Below, in pieces: positions 17,662 to 26,751 of a stretch of DNA of 64,000 bases; position 1 is the stretch's first letter, and each line of letters opens with the position of its first letter. The stretch is from a virus. The stretch is taken from positions 1-64,000 of IMG/VR virus record IMGVR_UViG_3300032291_003441; one strand, written 5' to 3'. Made by a program: the position numbers and the translations under genes. Under the pieces are notes generated by a model, which worked only from the letters and a program-made list of their open reading frames with translations, was not told the origin of the DNA and made no database searches.

Positions 17662-20541
17662 TTATGCTAAAATATCTTTTACAAGCGTGTTACTATTAAT
17701 TCCTGGTTTGACTTTACTTAGATCAGCTATTACACCATTAATATATTGTTCTGTATTATTTCCATCTGTTGGTGGAGCATAAGTGTAAAAGAATTGAGCA
17801 ATTGTTGGAGGAGTTTTTGATGTATATTTTTTACCTCCTTTATATTGTACAATAATTGTTTGGTTACCTGCTGTTACAGGCATATTTCCATTAGCCCATC
17901 TTTTAATTTTATTTTCTACTAATGCTTTAGCCCCTAATTCAGGAGTACTAAATTTAGCAAATCTACTTTTTCCATAAGGATTACTTTCTAATGTTACACC
18001 TGGATCAATAGATTTTAAACTATTTGAATAGTCTAGATTACCCGGGTTATTATTTCTATATGAGCGAGTTCCAACTGCCCAACCTTCTCTAATACCAATA
18101 GAGTAAGCAAATTGATAAACTGCTGTATCTTCTTTATAACCAGCATTTAATAATACTTGTCTTAAACTAACATTTGTTGTTGGAGTTGTGGGTTGTGTTC
18201 CTCTAGAAGATGATCTAGAAGCCGATTCAACTGTTCCTTCAGTTGCTTCAGCACCATATGGATTTTTAGGTACAGCCATAGAATCTATTGTAGTAGTCCA
18301 CTGGTTGTTTTCAATTCTGTTTGAAATGCCTTTAATAATAAATTCTAAAGATGTAGGATAATTAGAAGGTAAAAAAGCAGTATCAATATTAAACTTTTGA
18401 TAAACTTTCATTCCTGACAAACCATCCATAGTTAATGATAAATCAAAAGGTAAAAATCCTGCATTTGGTGAAGCTGCATTTGGCTCGGTTTCTCTAGCGG
18501 CAATTGTTTGTTTAGCTTGATCGTATTCTAAAAATTGAGCCTGTTGGGATTTAAAAGATTCAATAGCTATTGTATCCCATTTTGGGAATAATTTTGAGTT
18601 TTGAGATGATAACCCATAAGCAAATGTCTGGAATGCGTCTATGGCTTCTTTATAATCTTTTTGTAGTGAAGCTGTGGTTGGAGTTTGTTGAACTTCAGCC
18701 TCATTAAATAAATCCGATTTTAATCTATCTTTTAAACCAGCATTCATTCTACTTAAAGCTGTAGCATCTTCACCAACTACATAACCCCTATTTGTAGATC
18801 CTACTGTTATCATAGTAGCTAGATTTGGAGATACAGTTGTATTAAAACTAAAATCTCTTATAAATCCAGCATGAGATGCCCCTACTCCATAAGAACCTGA
18901 TCTTTCATTATAATAGTAACCATAAATATCAAACTCAGCGGTTTGTGTAGGAAGTTCTTGATCCTTTAAAAATGCATCTTTATTAGGTAAAATTAATTGG
19001 TCTGTTATTTTTATAGTATTGGTTTCTGTATCGATAGTTGGTTCTAATTGATTAACGTAACCAGTTGATTCATTCCATCCTTGACACAAAGCATTTAAAA
19101 GATCATATAATGAGGTTTTGCCTTTACTATCTTTTAAGGCTTCCATTTTTTCTGTAACCCAAACCATATTAAAGTAAGCATTCATTATTTGACCATAACT
19201 GTTTTTACCTTTTTGGATGATAAACTGTTCACAGTAATTAGCAAAATAATAAATGTTTCCGCTAGTAACCTTAAAATATTTTTTAAAGGTAGTTATTCGA
19301 GGATCATTACTTATTTGTCGAGGAGATAAATAAATTATATTAGATGATACATCATTATCTACTTTAAGTAATTTAATTTTAGGATCATTTACACATAAAA
19401 TAATTTTTTCTCGAATTAATTCTAATAAACGACCAAACCTAACATAATACTGAACATCTTTGGTTCCATCATAATGTTGAGCAAAATAATCAACAGGAGT
19501 ACTTTCATTTTTATCTACAATAGCAACACCATTAGCATATACTGTGGCTTTAACTAATGCTTGTTGGGCTTTAAAAAAGTCTTTAGCTATTTCGTTAGTA
19601 TTAGAATATTCTTTTATTACTTTATCAGGTACGGAATCTGGTGGTGTATCTTTAGCGTTAGTGTTTTTATTAGTGGAAGATCCAGGTAAAAGGATATTTG
19701 TCTTTAATGATTCAATTACATCACCTAAACTAATTAGTTTAATACTAATATCATATGCTCCTTCTTTAGTAAAAGTCCAATTAAAGTTAACTACTTTACC
19801 TACAATAGCATCATAATTACCATTAGAATCTTTTCTTTTAGTTTGAATAATATCTAAAATATTGTCATAGTTTACATCTTGGAACTTAGGTTTTCCATCT
19901 TTATCTTTTTCACCTGTTGGATTTTTTAAAGTTAAAAAAGCATCAGCCAAACTATATGGGTTATCTTTTATATAAGTTCCTTTATTGCTAAAATAAGAGC
20001 TATTACCCCATTCTAATAACATAGTAAAACCTAAACGCATGTACAAAGTATCAATAACATCAAACTGATACCTATTATTTGCTCTAATACTTATATTTGC
20101 TGTCTTAATAGAACCTCGTGTTTCGGTTTTAATAATAGCTGAGGTAATACCTGGCATAGGGCGTAAACCAAATTCTGTACCTCCCATACCATAAGCATAA
20201 TAATTATATGGTTGGTTAAGTGGAGTTTTTTGTAAAGAATTTAATCCCTGACCATCCCAAATTCCATATCGTTGATAAGTTTCTAATGCTCCTTTTGTAG
20301 GAGATTCATTAGTTGTTCCATTAAATAAAACAAACTGTTCTGCTAATTGAGTCCCTGTGTATCCTAAATTTCTAGGATCATTTTCTATATTAACGGATGA
20401 TACTAATTTTACCCAACCAGTTCTAGCTTCTAAATAAGATAATTGTTCATTAGTTCTATTTAAAGAACCATATATTCTTTGTCTTTGTGTAACTTGTTCT
20501 CTTACAAATTCAGCAAAACCTTCTCCTACTATATTTCCCAT
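17662..20541 (-). CDS. Baseplate hub-like protein with C-terminal lysozyme-like domain
   Basis: Follows the LysM-like gene; C-terminal REG..RNNNPGNL..FAKF..YAPP..NNT motif. Confidence 0.6.
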   Translation of the reverse strand: MGNIVGEGFAEFVREQVTQRQRIYGSLNRTNEQLSYLEARTGWVKLVSSVNIENDPRNLGYTGTQLAEQFVLFNGTTNESPTKGALETYQRYGIWDGQGLNSLQKTPLNQPYNYYAYGMGGTEFGLRPMPGITSAIIKTETRGSIKTANISIRANNRYQFDVIDTLYMRLGFTMLLEWGNSSYFSNKGTYIKDNPYSLADAFLTLKNPTGEKDKDGKPKFQDVNYDNILDIIQTKRKDSNGNYDAIVGKVVNFNWTFTKEGAYDISIKLISLGDVIESLKTNILLPGSSTNKNTNAKDTPPDSVPDKVIKEYSNTNEIAKDFFKAQQALVKATVYANGVAIVDKNESTPVDYFAQHYDGTKDVQYYVRFGRLLELIREKIILCVNDPKIKLLKVDNDVSSNIIYLSPRQISNDPRITTFKKYFKVTSGNIYYFANYCEQFIIQKGKNSYGQIMNAYFNMVWVTEKMEALKDSKGKTSLYDLLNALCQGWNESTGYVNQLEPTIDTETNTIKITDQLILPNKDAFLKDQELPTQTAEFDIYGYYYNERSGSYGVGASHAGFIRDFSFNTTVSPNLATMITVGSTNRGYVVGEDATALSRMNAGLKDRLKSDLFNEAEVQQTPTTASLQKDYKEAIDAFQTFAYGLSSQNSKLFPKWDTIAIESFKSQQAQFLEYDQAKQTIAARETEPNAASPNAGFLPFDLSLTMDGLSGMKVYQKFNIDTAFLPSNYPTSLEFIIKGISNRIENNQWTTTIDSMAVPKNPYGAEATEGTVESASRSSSRGTQPTTPTTNVSLRQVLLNAGYKEDTAVYQFAYSIGIREGWAVGTRSYRNNNPGNLDYSNSLKSIDPGVTLESNPYGKSRFAKFSTPELGAKALVENKIKRWANGNMPVTAGNQTIIVQYKGGKKYTSKTPPTIAQFFYTYAPPTDGNNTEQYINGVIADLSKVKPGINSNTLVKDILA

Positions 20542-20542
20542 A

Positions 20543-20866
20543 TTATGTGTTGATTAAAGTAAAATTTCTTACAACGTTTGAGTAATTTGAAGGAATACGA
20601 ATCTGGATCCCCTCAGGTATTACTAGACTGTTTTGTGGTAAGCTTACTAATGTTCCTGATCCAGCATTACCTGTATTTGCTATAGAAATAACCCACCATA
20701 AAGAACTATCACCATAATATTGTTGTGCTAAAACATCAAAACGATCTCCTTGAGTAGTGTAAACGTAAATATCGTTTGGAGATAAAAGTACCTCAGGATA
20801 ACGAGAAGTTACATATACCTCTTTTCCATCAATTTTTTCTTTTTGTATGTTTTGATATCTATTCAT
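20543..20866 (-). CDS. LysM / gp53-like baseplate protein
   Basis: GDRFDVLAQQYYGDSSLWWVI..N..G..IRIP. Confidence 0.8.
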   Translation of the reverse strand: MNRYQNIQKEKIDGKEVYVTSRYPEVLLSPNDIYVYTTQGDRFDVLAQQYYGDSSLWWVISIANTGNAGSGTLVSLPQNSLVIPEGIQIRIPSNYSNVVRNFTLINT

Positions 20867-22665
20867 TAAGCTGTTGGTTTAGATATACTATTATAATTTG
20901 TTTGAGAAGGATCAGTTCCATTAGCTAAAGCTATAAAACGTTCAGGACCATCTAATATTGACATACCAGTACCTGTTCCTTGAGTATTAACGTCATTAGT
21001 ACTAAAAGTATTATCTTGAAGTCTTGGGATAAAGTTTTGAATAGGAACAAAATTAAATCCAGATACTCTAATAATATGGGGTAATTCTTTAACAGAGCCA
21101 TCTTCGGATCCATTACCTACTCCAATTCCTATCTCCCAAGGCGTATCCTCTTGAATATCATAAGTTAAACTAGTTATAAAACCAGGTTGTTCGTATAAAT
21201 AACCGCCAACTGTTAATTGTACTAAATTACCCCTCATAAACCCATTAGGACTGTAATCAGGTGCTAAGGTTGAAGCTAAGTAATTTAATTTTTTATACAT
21301 TGGAATAAGTTCTTCTTTTGATTGAGCGGCAACCGTCCAAGATAATGAAATTTGTCTAGTAAACCCACTGTAAGTGTAGAAATTTTCACCTCTACCTAAG
21401 TATTGAAAAGAATTCCAGTTAGCATTATATGAATCAGACATAGGACCTAAAAATGCTCTAAAATGCATAAATGTTTTAAAGTTAGGAGCATCGTTATCAA
21501 TGACAGCAATCCTAAATTTACATAAATCATTTACGGCCTTATCTTGAATTACATTTTCACTTCTATATACTGGGATGGATGTGATTTTATCTAAACCTGT
21601 ATTGTATGAACCTAGGTTTGTATTTACTGATCCATAATAAGAGGCATTAGTTCCTAATCTAACAACACCTTTAGTATAATTAGAATAATTTTTATCTCCA
21701 CGTTTTCCAGGATCTCCTAAATTAACTCTATTTTCAATATTGGATACATCGTAATCAGGAGTTTCGGGAGTAGCTCCACTTTCGGTTGATGTTCTTCCAT
21801 CTTGTTTTAAATCTCCTATTTGGATTCTTAAAATTTTTCTAAAATCTTGAACTTTAGGAGAAGCTTTAGTACCTTCAGATACATCTAATGAATTTGGTTG
21901 TGGTCCTGTTTGTACTAAAGGAGGTAAAATTACTGGTGGGCTAAAAGGAGCATTAATTAAGGTTGAATTATAAACCCAAGTATTATTTGAGAATGAATCA
22001 TTTTTACCTGTTTTAGTTAAAAATGTTTGTGATGTTTGAGAATATCTTATACCTGTATTTCCTACTCCTAATCTAGAACCAGGACCACCAGTATAAGTCA
22101 TTACGTTTATTCCATTATTAAGAACTACTCTATTACCATCAAAGTTAATAGGTCTTCCTTGGTATGAGCCTCTTAATAATTCTGTTAATCTATTTTCTTC
22201 TACTGGTTGTGATGGTTTTACTCTAACACCATATAAGTTTATATTATTAGCGTAAGCTCCTGTGTCTGCAAACGGGTTAATGCCTTGTTTGTTTAAGTGA
22301 CCACCAAACGCTATTAGACCGGCTTCTGCCAATGTATTTAATGGTGAATATATACCTTCATTTAAGATACCACTTGTTTGTGTACGAACAGCTGTACGAG
22401 ACAACAACTGTTGTTTTGCTATAAAAAGTAATCCGTTTGGTGATCTAGTATCAGCAAACATTTTACCTAAACGTTTAATATCCTCTAAAGAATCAGTTAC
22501 AGCATTAATTCCACCTCTTAATAAAAAATCAGTTGTACCTATGTACGGACCTATCCTATCAGGGATGTCTGTGGTAATATATGGTTGTCCACTATTTCCA
22601 CCTCCAATCCTGTCGTTCCCATATCTAAGGGACTTAAGGTCAGTTTTTAGGTTTATTAAGCCCAT
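20866..22665 (-). CDS. Baseplate / tail-tube initiator-like structural protein
   Basis: FRAF..SDSY.ANW..GRGE.FY.Y.GF.R.IS motif; position after tape measure. Confidence 0.6.
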   Translation of the reverse strand: MGLINLKTDLKSLRYGNDRIGGGNSGQPYITTDIPDRIGPYIGTTDFLLRGGINAVTDSLEDIKRLGKMFADTRSPNGLLFIAKQQLLSRTAVRTQTSGILNEGIYSPLNTLAEAGLIAFGGHLNKQGINPFADTGAYANNINLYGVRVKPSQPVEENRLTELLRGSYQGRPINFDGNRVVLNNGINVMTYTGGPGSRLGVGNTGIRYSQTSQTFLTKTGKNDSFSNNTWVYNSTLINAPFSPPVILPPLVQTGPQPNSLDVSEGTKASPKVQDFRKILRIQIGDLKQDGRTSTESGATPETPDYDVSNIENRVNLGDPGKRGDKNYSNYTKGVVRLGTNASYYGSVNTNLGSYNTGLDKITSIPVYRSENVIQDKAVNDLCKFRIAVIDNDAPNFKTFMHFRAFLGPMSDSYNANWNSFQYLGRGENFYTYSGFTRQISLSWTVAAQSKEELIPMYKKLNYLASTLAPDYSPNGFMRGNLVQLTVGGYLYEQPGFITSLTYDIQEDTPWEIGIGVGNGSEDGSVKELPHIIRVSGFNFVPIQNFIPRLQDNTFSTNDVNTQGTGTGMSILDGPERFIALANGTDPSQTNYNSISKPTA

Positions 22666-22925
22666 TATTTAGGGAAGTTATCTAAATAAGGTAATTTTCC
22701 GTTTACTTTAGGAGCTAATCCATTTAAATCTAATTGAGAAACAGCTAGATCAGTAGCATAATTAGATTTTTTATCGTAAACTAAAGGTTGTTTACCATCT
22801 AAATCTAATTGTGATTTTGCTAAATCTGCTTGATAGTTTGATTTTTGATCGTATTTAGGAGGTTGGATACCATCATAAGCTGAAAGGTTTGAGCCACCTG
22901 TTTTTAATTTATCTAAAAGTCCCAT
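22665..22925 (-). CDS. Small protein with a tandem ~25-aa repeat
   Basis: YDQKSNYQADLAKSQLDLDG / YDKKSNYATDLAVSQLDLNG. Confidence 0.7.
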   Translation of the reverse strand: MGLLDKLKTGGSNLSAYDGIQPPKYDQKSNYQADLAKSQLDLDGKQPLVYDKKSNYATDLAVSQLDLNGLAPKVNGKLPYLDNFPK

Positions 22926-22952
22926 AGTTGTATTTTATTATAAATATTTAAA

Positions 22953-25115
22953 TTATTGAGTTTTATGAGAGACAACAGTCATTGCTGTACCTACTTTATT
23001 ACCATCTAAGTATACATTACCACCAGCTTTAACTACTGATATTAGTTCATCTAATTTTTTATTAACATCATCAGATTGTTGACTTAATGGTTTTGTACTT
23101 TCATTTATTTTAGTTGAAGGAGGAGGAGTTTTAATATTACCTTCATATTTTAAACCAAAAAGTCTAGAAAAAGGATTATTTTCAAATTGTTCTTTTAATC
23201 GTTTTTGGCGTTCATTTGATATTATTTGTTTTTGCTCTTCAATTTTAGCTTCTAATTCCCCTTTTTGGTCTTTTGGGGCTGTTTTAAGTTGTTCTTGAAA
23301 TGATTTTTTTCTTGAAACAGCTATTTCTGAGGTTGAAGCAGGACCAAACGCAATAGTACTTAATAAACTTTTTCCTGATTCTAAGCTACCAACAAACTTA
23401 TCCATATATTTTAGTAGTTTGTCAAGAGTTCCTCCAGTAACTAAATCAGAAAATACTTCTTTAATTCGTTCTACGGCTACATTAAATTTTTCTTGAGCAG
23501 AGGCAGATCTTTGAGCTTCTTTTAAGTTTTTACCTTCTAAAACTCCTTGTTCAACCAATGCTGCTTCTTTTTCTAATTTAATTGCGGTCTCGTAATCTTT
23601 TCTTTTCCTTGCTTGTTCGGCTTGTTCTTTTAATTGTTTAGTATAATTACCTGCTGTTTTTTGGATTACTTGTTGTTTATACAAACTATCAGCTAACTCA
23701 TTAGCACTCATCCCCAACGTTTTGGCTATTGCCTCTTGTTGGATGCGATTCATTCTTGAAAATTTTTCAGCAGTAATTCCTTGTTTTGCTATTTCTTGAG
23801 TTAAACCAGCAATATCATTATTTAAAGCAAACTCACGTGCTTTTTCTAAATTAATATCTTTACCTGTTAGTAATTCGGCCTCTAATTCATTAGCAATAGA
23901 TTGTTCAAAATTTAACAATGAATCACCTATTTTAGAAACTTGATCTAAAGTTAATCCTAATTTTTTAGCTTCTAAAACAGATTTAGATAATTCACCAATA
24001 TTGCCTTTAAAATTAAGCTGAATTAGTTTACTTGTTTTGTTTACTTCTTGAAGTATTTTTCGACCATCTGCTATTATTTTATTTTGATTAGCAAATGCAG
24101 CTATTTGATTATAAACAATATCAACTCCTTTTCCAGCTTCAATATTACTTACAGCAAATGTTTCTTGTAATCCTAAAGCCTCTTCTTTAGATTGACCTAA
24201 TTGTTTAGTTAAAATAATTTGAGATTCAATTTGATCTTGGGTTGCTATTGTAGAAAAACCGGTAAGTTGAGATATATCATTAAAAGCTTCAGACATATTA
24301 GCTGTAGTTCTATACATAGTATCCAGGGATGATTTACTTCCAATAATATTTTTGTATACCCCCTCAGCTGCTTCTTTACTTACACTTAAATTTTTAGCTA
24401 TATTAGTAACTCTTTCATCAGCGCTAAACATAGCGTCAATAAAGAACTTAGCTACTTTGGTTAAAATAGAAAAACCAGCTACTGGATCTAGTAAATTATC
24501 TTTTATAGATGATCCAACACCTTTAACTCCTTCTTTAAATACATCAAATTTTGTTGATCCTTCTTCGGCTGTTTTCTTTTGTATTCTAGCTAATACTTCC
24601 TCTGATTTAATTAAACCTCCTAAAATAGGAATTTTATTAAGACCTTTTATTACATTACCTGTAGTTCCTAATTTTTTATTAAACTGGTCTGCTAATTTAG
24701 CTTGTTCTTCTAAATCCGCAATAAACTCATTTTCATAAGATATTGCTTGATTTAACTGTTTATTTGCTTCTTTACCTGTAATTAAACCTGCTTTTTTAGC
24801 AATATTAATTTGTTGAGTAATAGCATTTATTTTATCAGTACGATCTTGAATTTGTTTTTCAACTTGAGCACGAGTTAAAGCTCCTGTTCTTAATTTTTCC
24901 TGATTGGAAAGTAAGGTTGTAGATGATTTGGCTAAATTATTTATTCCTTTAGTAATATCGCCAGTAAGGGATTTACTAAAAGTAGAAGTAGTATCAAGAG
25001 CTTCTTTAAATATATTACCAACCTGAGAGGATATGTTACGCAGAGCATCTTCAACTATCTCGGCTGTTTCTAGTGCTCTTTTTTTTACTTCTTCTGGTTT
25101 AAGATCTTTAGCCAT
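22953..25115 (-). CDS. Tape measure protein
   Basis: Long helical Ala/Lys/Gln-rich ORF between chaperone and baseplate genes; ends GGNVYLDGNKVG. Confidence 0.75.
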   Translation of the reverse strand: MAKDLKPEEVKKRALETAEIVEDALRNISSQVGNIFKEALDTTSTFSKSLTGDITKGINNLAKSSTTLLSNQEKLRTGALTRAQVEKQIQDRTDKINAITQQINIAKKAGLITGKEANKQLNQAISYENEFIADLEEQAKLADQFNKKLGTTGNVIKGLNKIPILGGLIKSEEVLARIQKKTAEEGSTKFDVFKEGVKGVGSSIKDNLLDPVAGFSILTKVAKFFIDAMFSADERVTNIAKNLSVSKEAAEGVYKNIIGSKSSLDTMYRTTANMSEAFNDISQLTGFSTIATQDQIESQIILTKQLGQSKEEALGLQETFAVSNIEAGKGVDIVYNQIAAFANQNKIIADGRKILQEVNKTSKLIQLNFKGNIGELSKSVLEAKKLGLTLDQVSKIGDSLLNFEQSIANELEAELLTGKDINLEKAREFALNNDIAGLTQEIAKQGITAEKFSRMNRIQQEAIAKTLGMSANELADSLYKQQVIQKTAGNYTKQLKEQAEQARKRKDYETAIKLEKEAALVEQGVLEGKNLKEAQRSASAQEKFNVAVERIKEVFSDLVTGGTLDKLLKYMDKFVGSLESGKSLLSTIAFGPASTSEIAVSRKKSFQEQLKTAPKDQKGELEAKIEEQKQIISNERQKRLKEQFENNPFSRLFGLKYEGNIKTPPPSTKINESTKPLSQQSDDVNKKLDELISVVKAGGNVYLDGNKVGTAMTVVSHKTQ

Positions 25116-25137
25116 ATATTATAAATATTAAAAGGCA

Positions 25138-25422
25138 TCATTTTTTAGATGCCTTTGTAACATATGTTGGTACTTGTACTTTTTTATTTTTAGATGCTTC
25201 CTCTTTTATACTACCTTGAGTCCAGCTGTCTTCATTTGGATTTTTATTAGATTGATTATACCAATCTTTTAATTTATTAAAGGTATAAACACGTAACCAG
25301 ATAGGCATATTATAAATAATATCATAACTATAACCTCCTTGCCCGTGAAATACTATTTCGTGAATTTGATTAAAAATAGATAACCTAAATTCAGAAGCAT
25401 TATTAGAGGTCAGGCCAAAAAA
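25138..25422 (-). CDS. Tail assembly chaperone C-terminal extension, probably reached by frameshift
   Basis: No ATG near its 5' end; in +1 frame relative to 25403..26134 across a T7 run. Confidence 0.6.
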   Translation of the reverse strand, partial: FFGLTSNNASEFRLSIFNQIHEIVFHGQGGYSYDIIYNMPIWLRVYTFNKLKDWYNQSNKNPNEDSWTQGSIKEEASKNKKVQVPTYVTKASKK

Positions 25423-26134
25423 AGTTAAGATTAATTGGGATGTCGATATCCTCCTCAACACCGTTAATAACTACTTTAGTAGATAAATCAACATCTGGGG
25501 ATACTGATTTAATATATGATCTTAATGCTCTTGAATCTGAGGCTAGTAAATATTGTTCTACGAATTCTTTAATAGATGTTTTATCATCATTACCATCAAC
25601 AGAAATAATCTGGTGTTTTAGTCTTGTTGTAATTTCTGAAGATAACTCTTTATTGAATTTTTTAAGTCCTTCAATTTCTTGTTTAATTTTTTCTTCATCA
25701 TTTTCATTTAAAAGCTTAAATTCAATTACAGTTCCTGAATTAGGGAGAGTAAAATTAAATGTGCCTTTAGAAGATACTAAGGATGTATTAAAGACTTTAT
25801 TTTCAATAATACTTAAATCAACATTATATTCTTTACCATCATAAGTAAATGAATAATCTTTACCATAACCTAAAACACGAGATGCTACTAAAATAGCATT
25901 TTTGTCTCCAGTTATTAGGTCTTTAATATTGATTTTACCTAATGTTAATGATTCTAACAACTTATCTAACACAATACCTTTTGAAATAAAGTTTTGGTTT
26001 GATAAAATGTCTTCTTCTTTTGCGGTCATGTATTTCATTTCAACCTTGCCGCTTCTTAAAATGTGATCTGGTGGATAGACTAAACCTTTTGAAGGTAATT
26101 CTACAACCTCTGTTGGAAACTTAAATTCGCTCAT
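25403..26134 (-). CDS. T4 gp26-like baseplate hub / tail assembly chaperone
   Basis: ELPSKG..Y, MTAKEEDIL, GDKNAIL..R..GYG, ends NFFWPDL. Confidence 0.75.
   Translation of the reverse strand: MSEFKFPTEVVELPSKGLVYPPDHILRSGKVEMKYMTAKEEDILSNQNFISKGIVLDKLLESLTLGKINIKDLITGDKNAILVASRVLGYGKDYSFTYDGKEYNVDLSIIENKVFNTSLVSSKGTFNFTLPNSGTVIEFKLLNENDEEKIKQEIEGLKKFNKELSSEITTRLKHQIISVDGNDDKTSIKEFVEQYLLASDSRALRSYIKSVSPDVDLSTKVVINGVEEDIDIPINLNFFWPDL
25417..25423 (-). other. Candidate programmed +1 (or -2) frameshift site UUU UUU UGG
   Basis: AAC TTT TTT TGG CCT in frame 0; TTT TTT GGC CTG in +1 frame. Confidence 0.6.
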
Positions 26135-26165
26135 AAACTTATTTTGTTATAAATATTAATAGAAT

Positions 26166-26197
26166 AAAGAAGCTCGCAAAAAATGCGAGCTTTCTTT
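26166..26197 (-). terminator. Rho-independent terminator after tail tube
   Basis: AGCTCGCA/TGCGAGCT stem followed by a U-rich tract. Confidence 0.75.
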
Positions 26198-26216
26198 GAT
26201 TTATTTTTACTTTTAA

Positions 26217-26705
26217 TTAGAAATTCAAGATACAGTAATCAGGTTGAACTGTCATTGTAAGATTAATTGCTGTATCAACGGTATCCCAGTTATAATCACC
26301 AAAATTAGCTTCAGTAATTAACGCACCTTTGATAATCCATTCTGATACGATATCACCTACAGGTCCTAATACATCAAATGTTAAGTCTTTCTTATAGAAA
26401 TCACTATAACCATCACGTCCAGTTACTGATTCGTGGTGTAAACGTACCCATTCCATTACCGCCTGTGCACCTGAAGGAGTGATAGGATCAAATAATGTAA
26501 ATGTGATAGGTCCCCAAGTAGTTTTACCTTTCACAAAACGTTGTACGTTAATATGGTTTAAAGGTACGGTACCTTGAGTTAACGTGACTGCACCAACACC
26601 TTTAATCTCATACGCAGGTATACCGTCAATATACATAATGAATCGGTTGGCCTGTTTTGGTTCAAAGGCTGTGAAAAATATTTCGTTTGGATCTAATACT
26701 GCCAT
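26217..26705 (-). CDS. Tail tube protein (gp19-like)
   Basis: EPKQANRF..GKTTW..YKKD..W..GA; directly after sheath. Confidence 0.88.
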   Translation of the reverse strand: MAVLDPNEIFFTAFEPKQANRFIMYIDGIPAYEIKGVGAVTLTQGTVPLNHINVQRFVKGKTTWGPITFTLFDPITPSGAQAVMEWVRLHHESVTGRDGYSDFYKKDLTFDVLGPVGDIVSEWIIKGALITEANFGDYNWDTVDTAINLTMTVQPDYCILNF

Positions 26706-26751
26706 TTTATTTATTTATTTGTTTTGTTATAAATATTCCGTTTTTAAAAAA

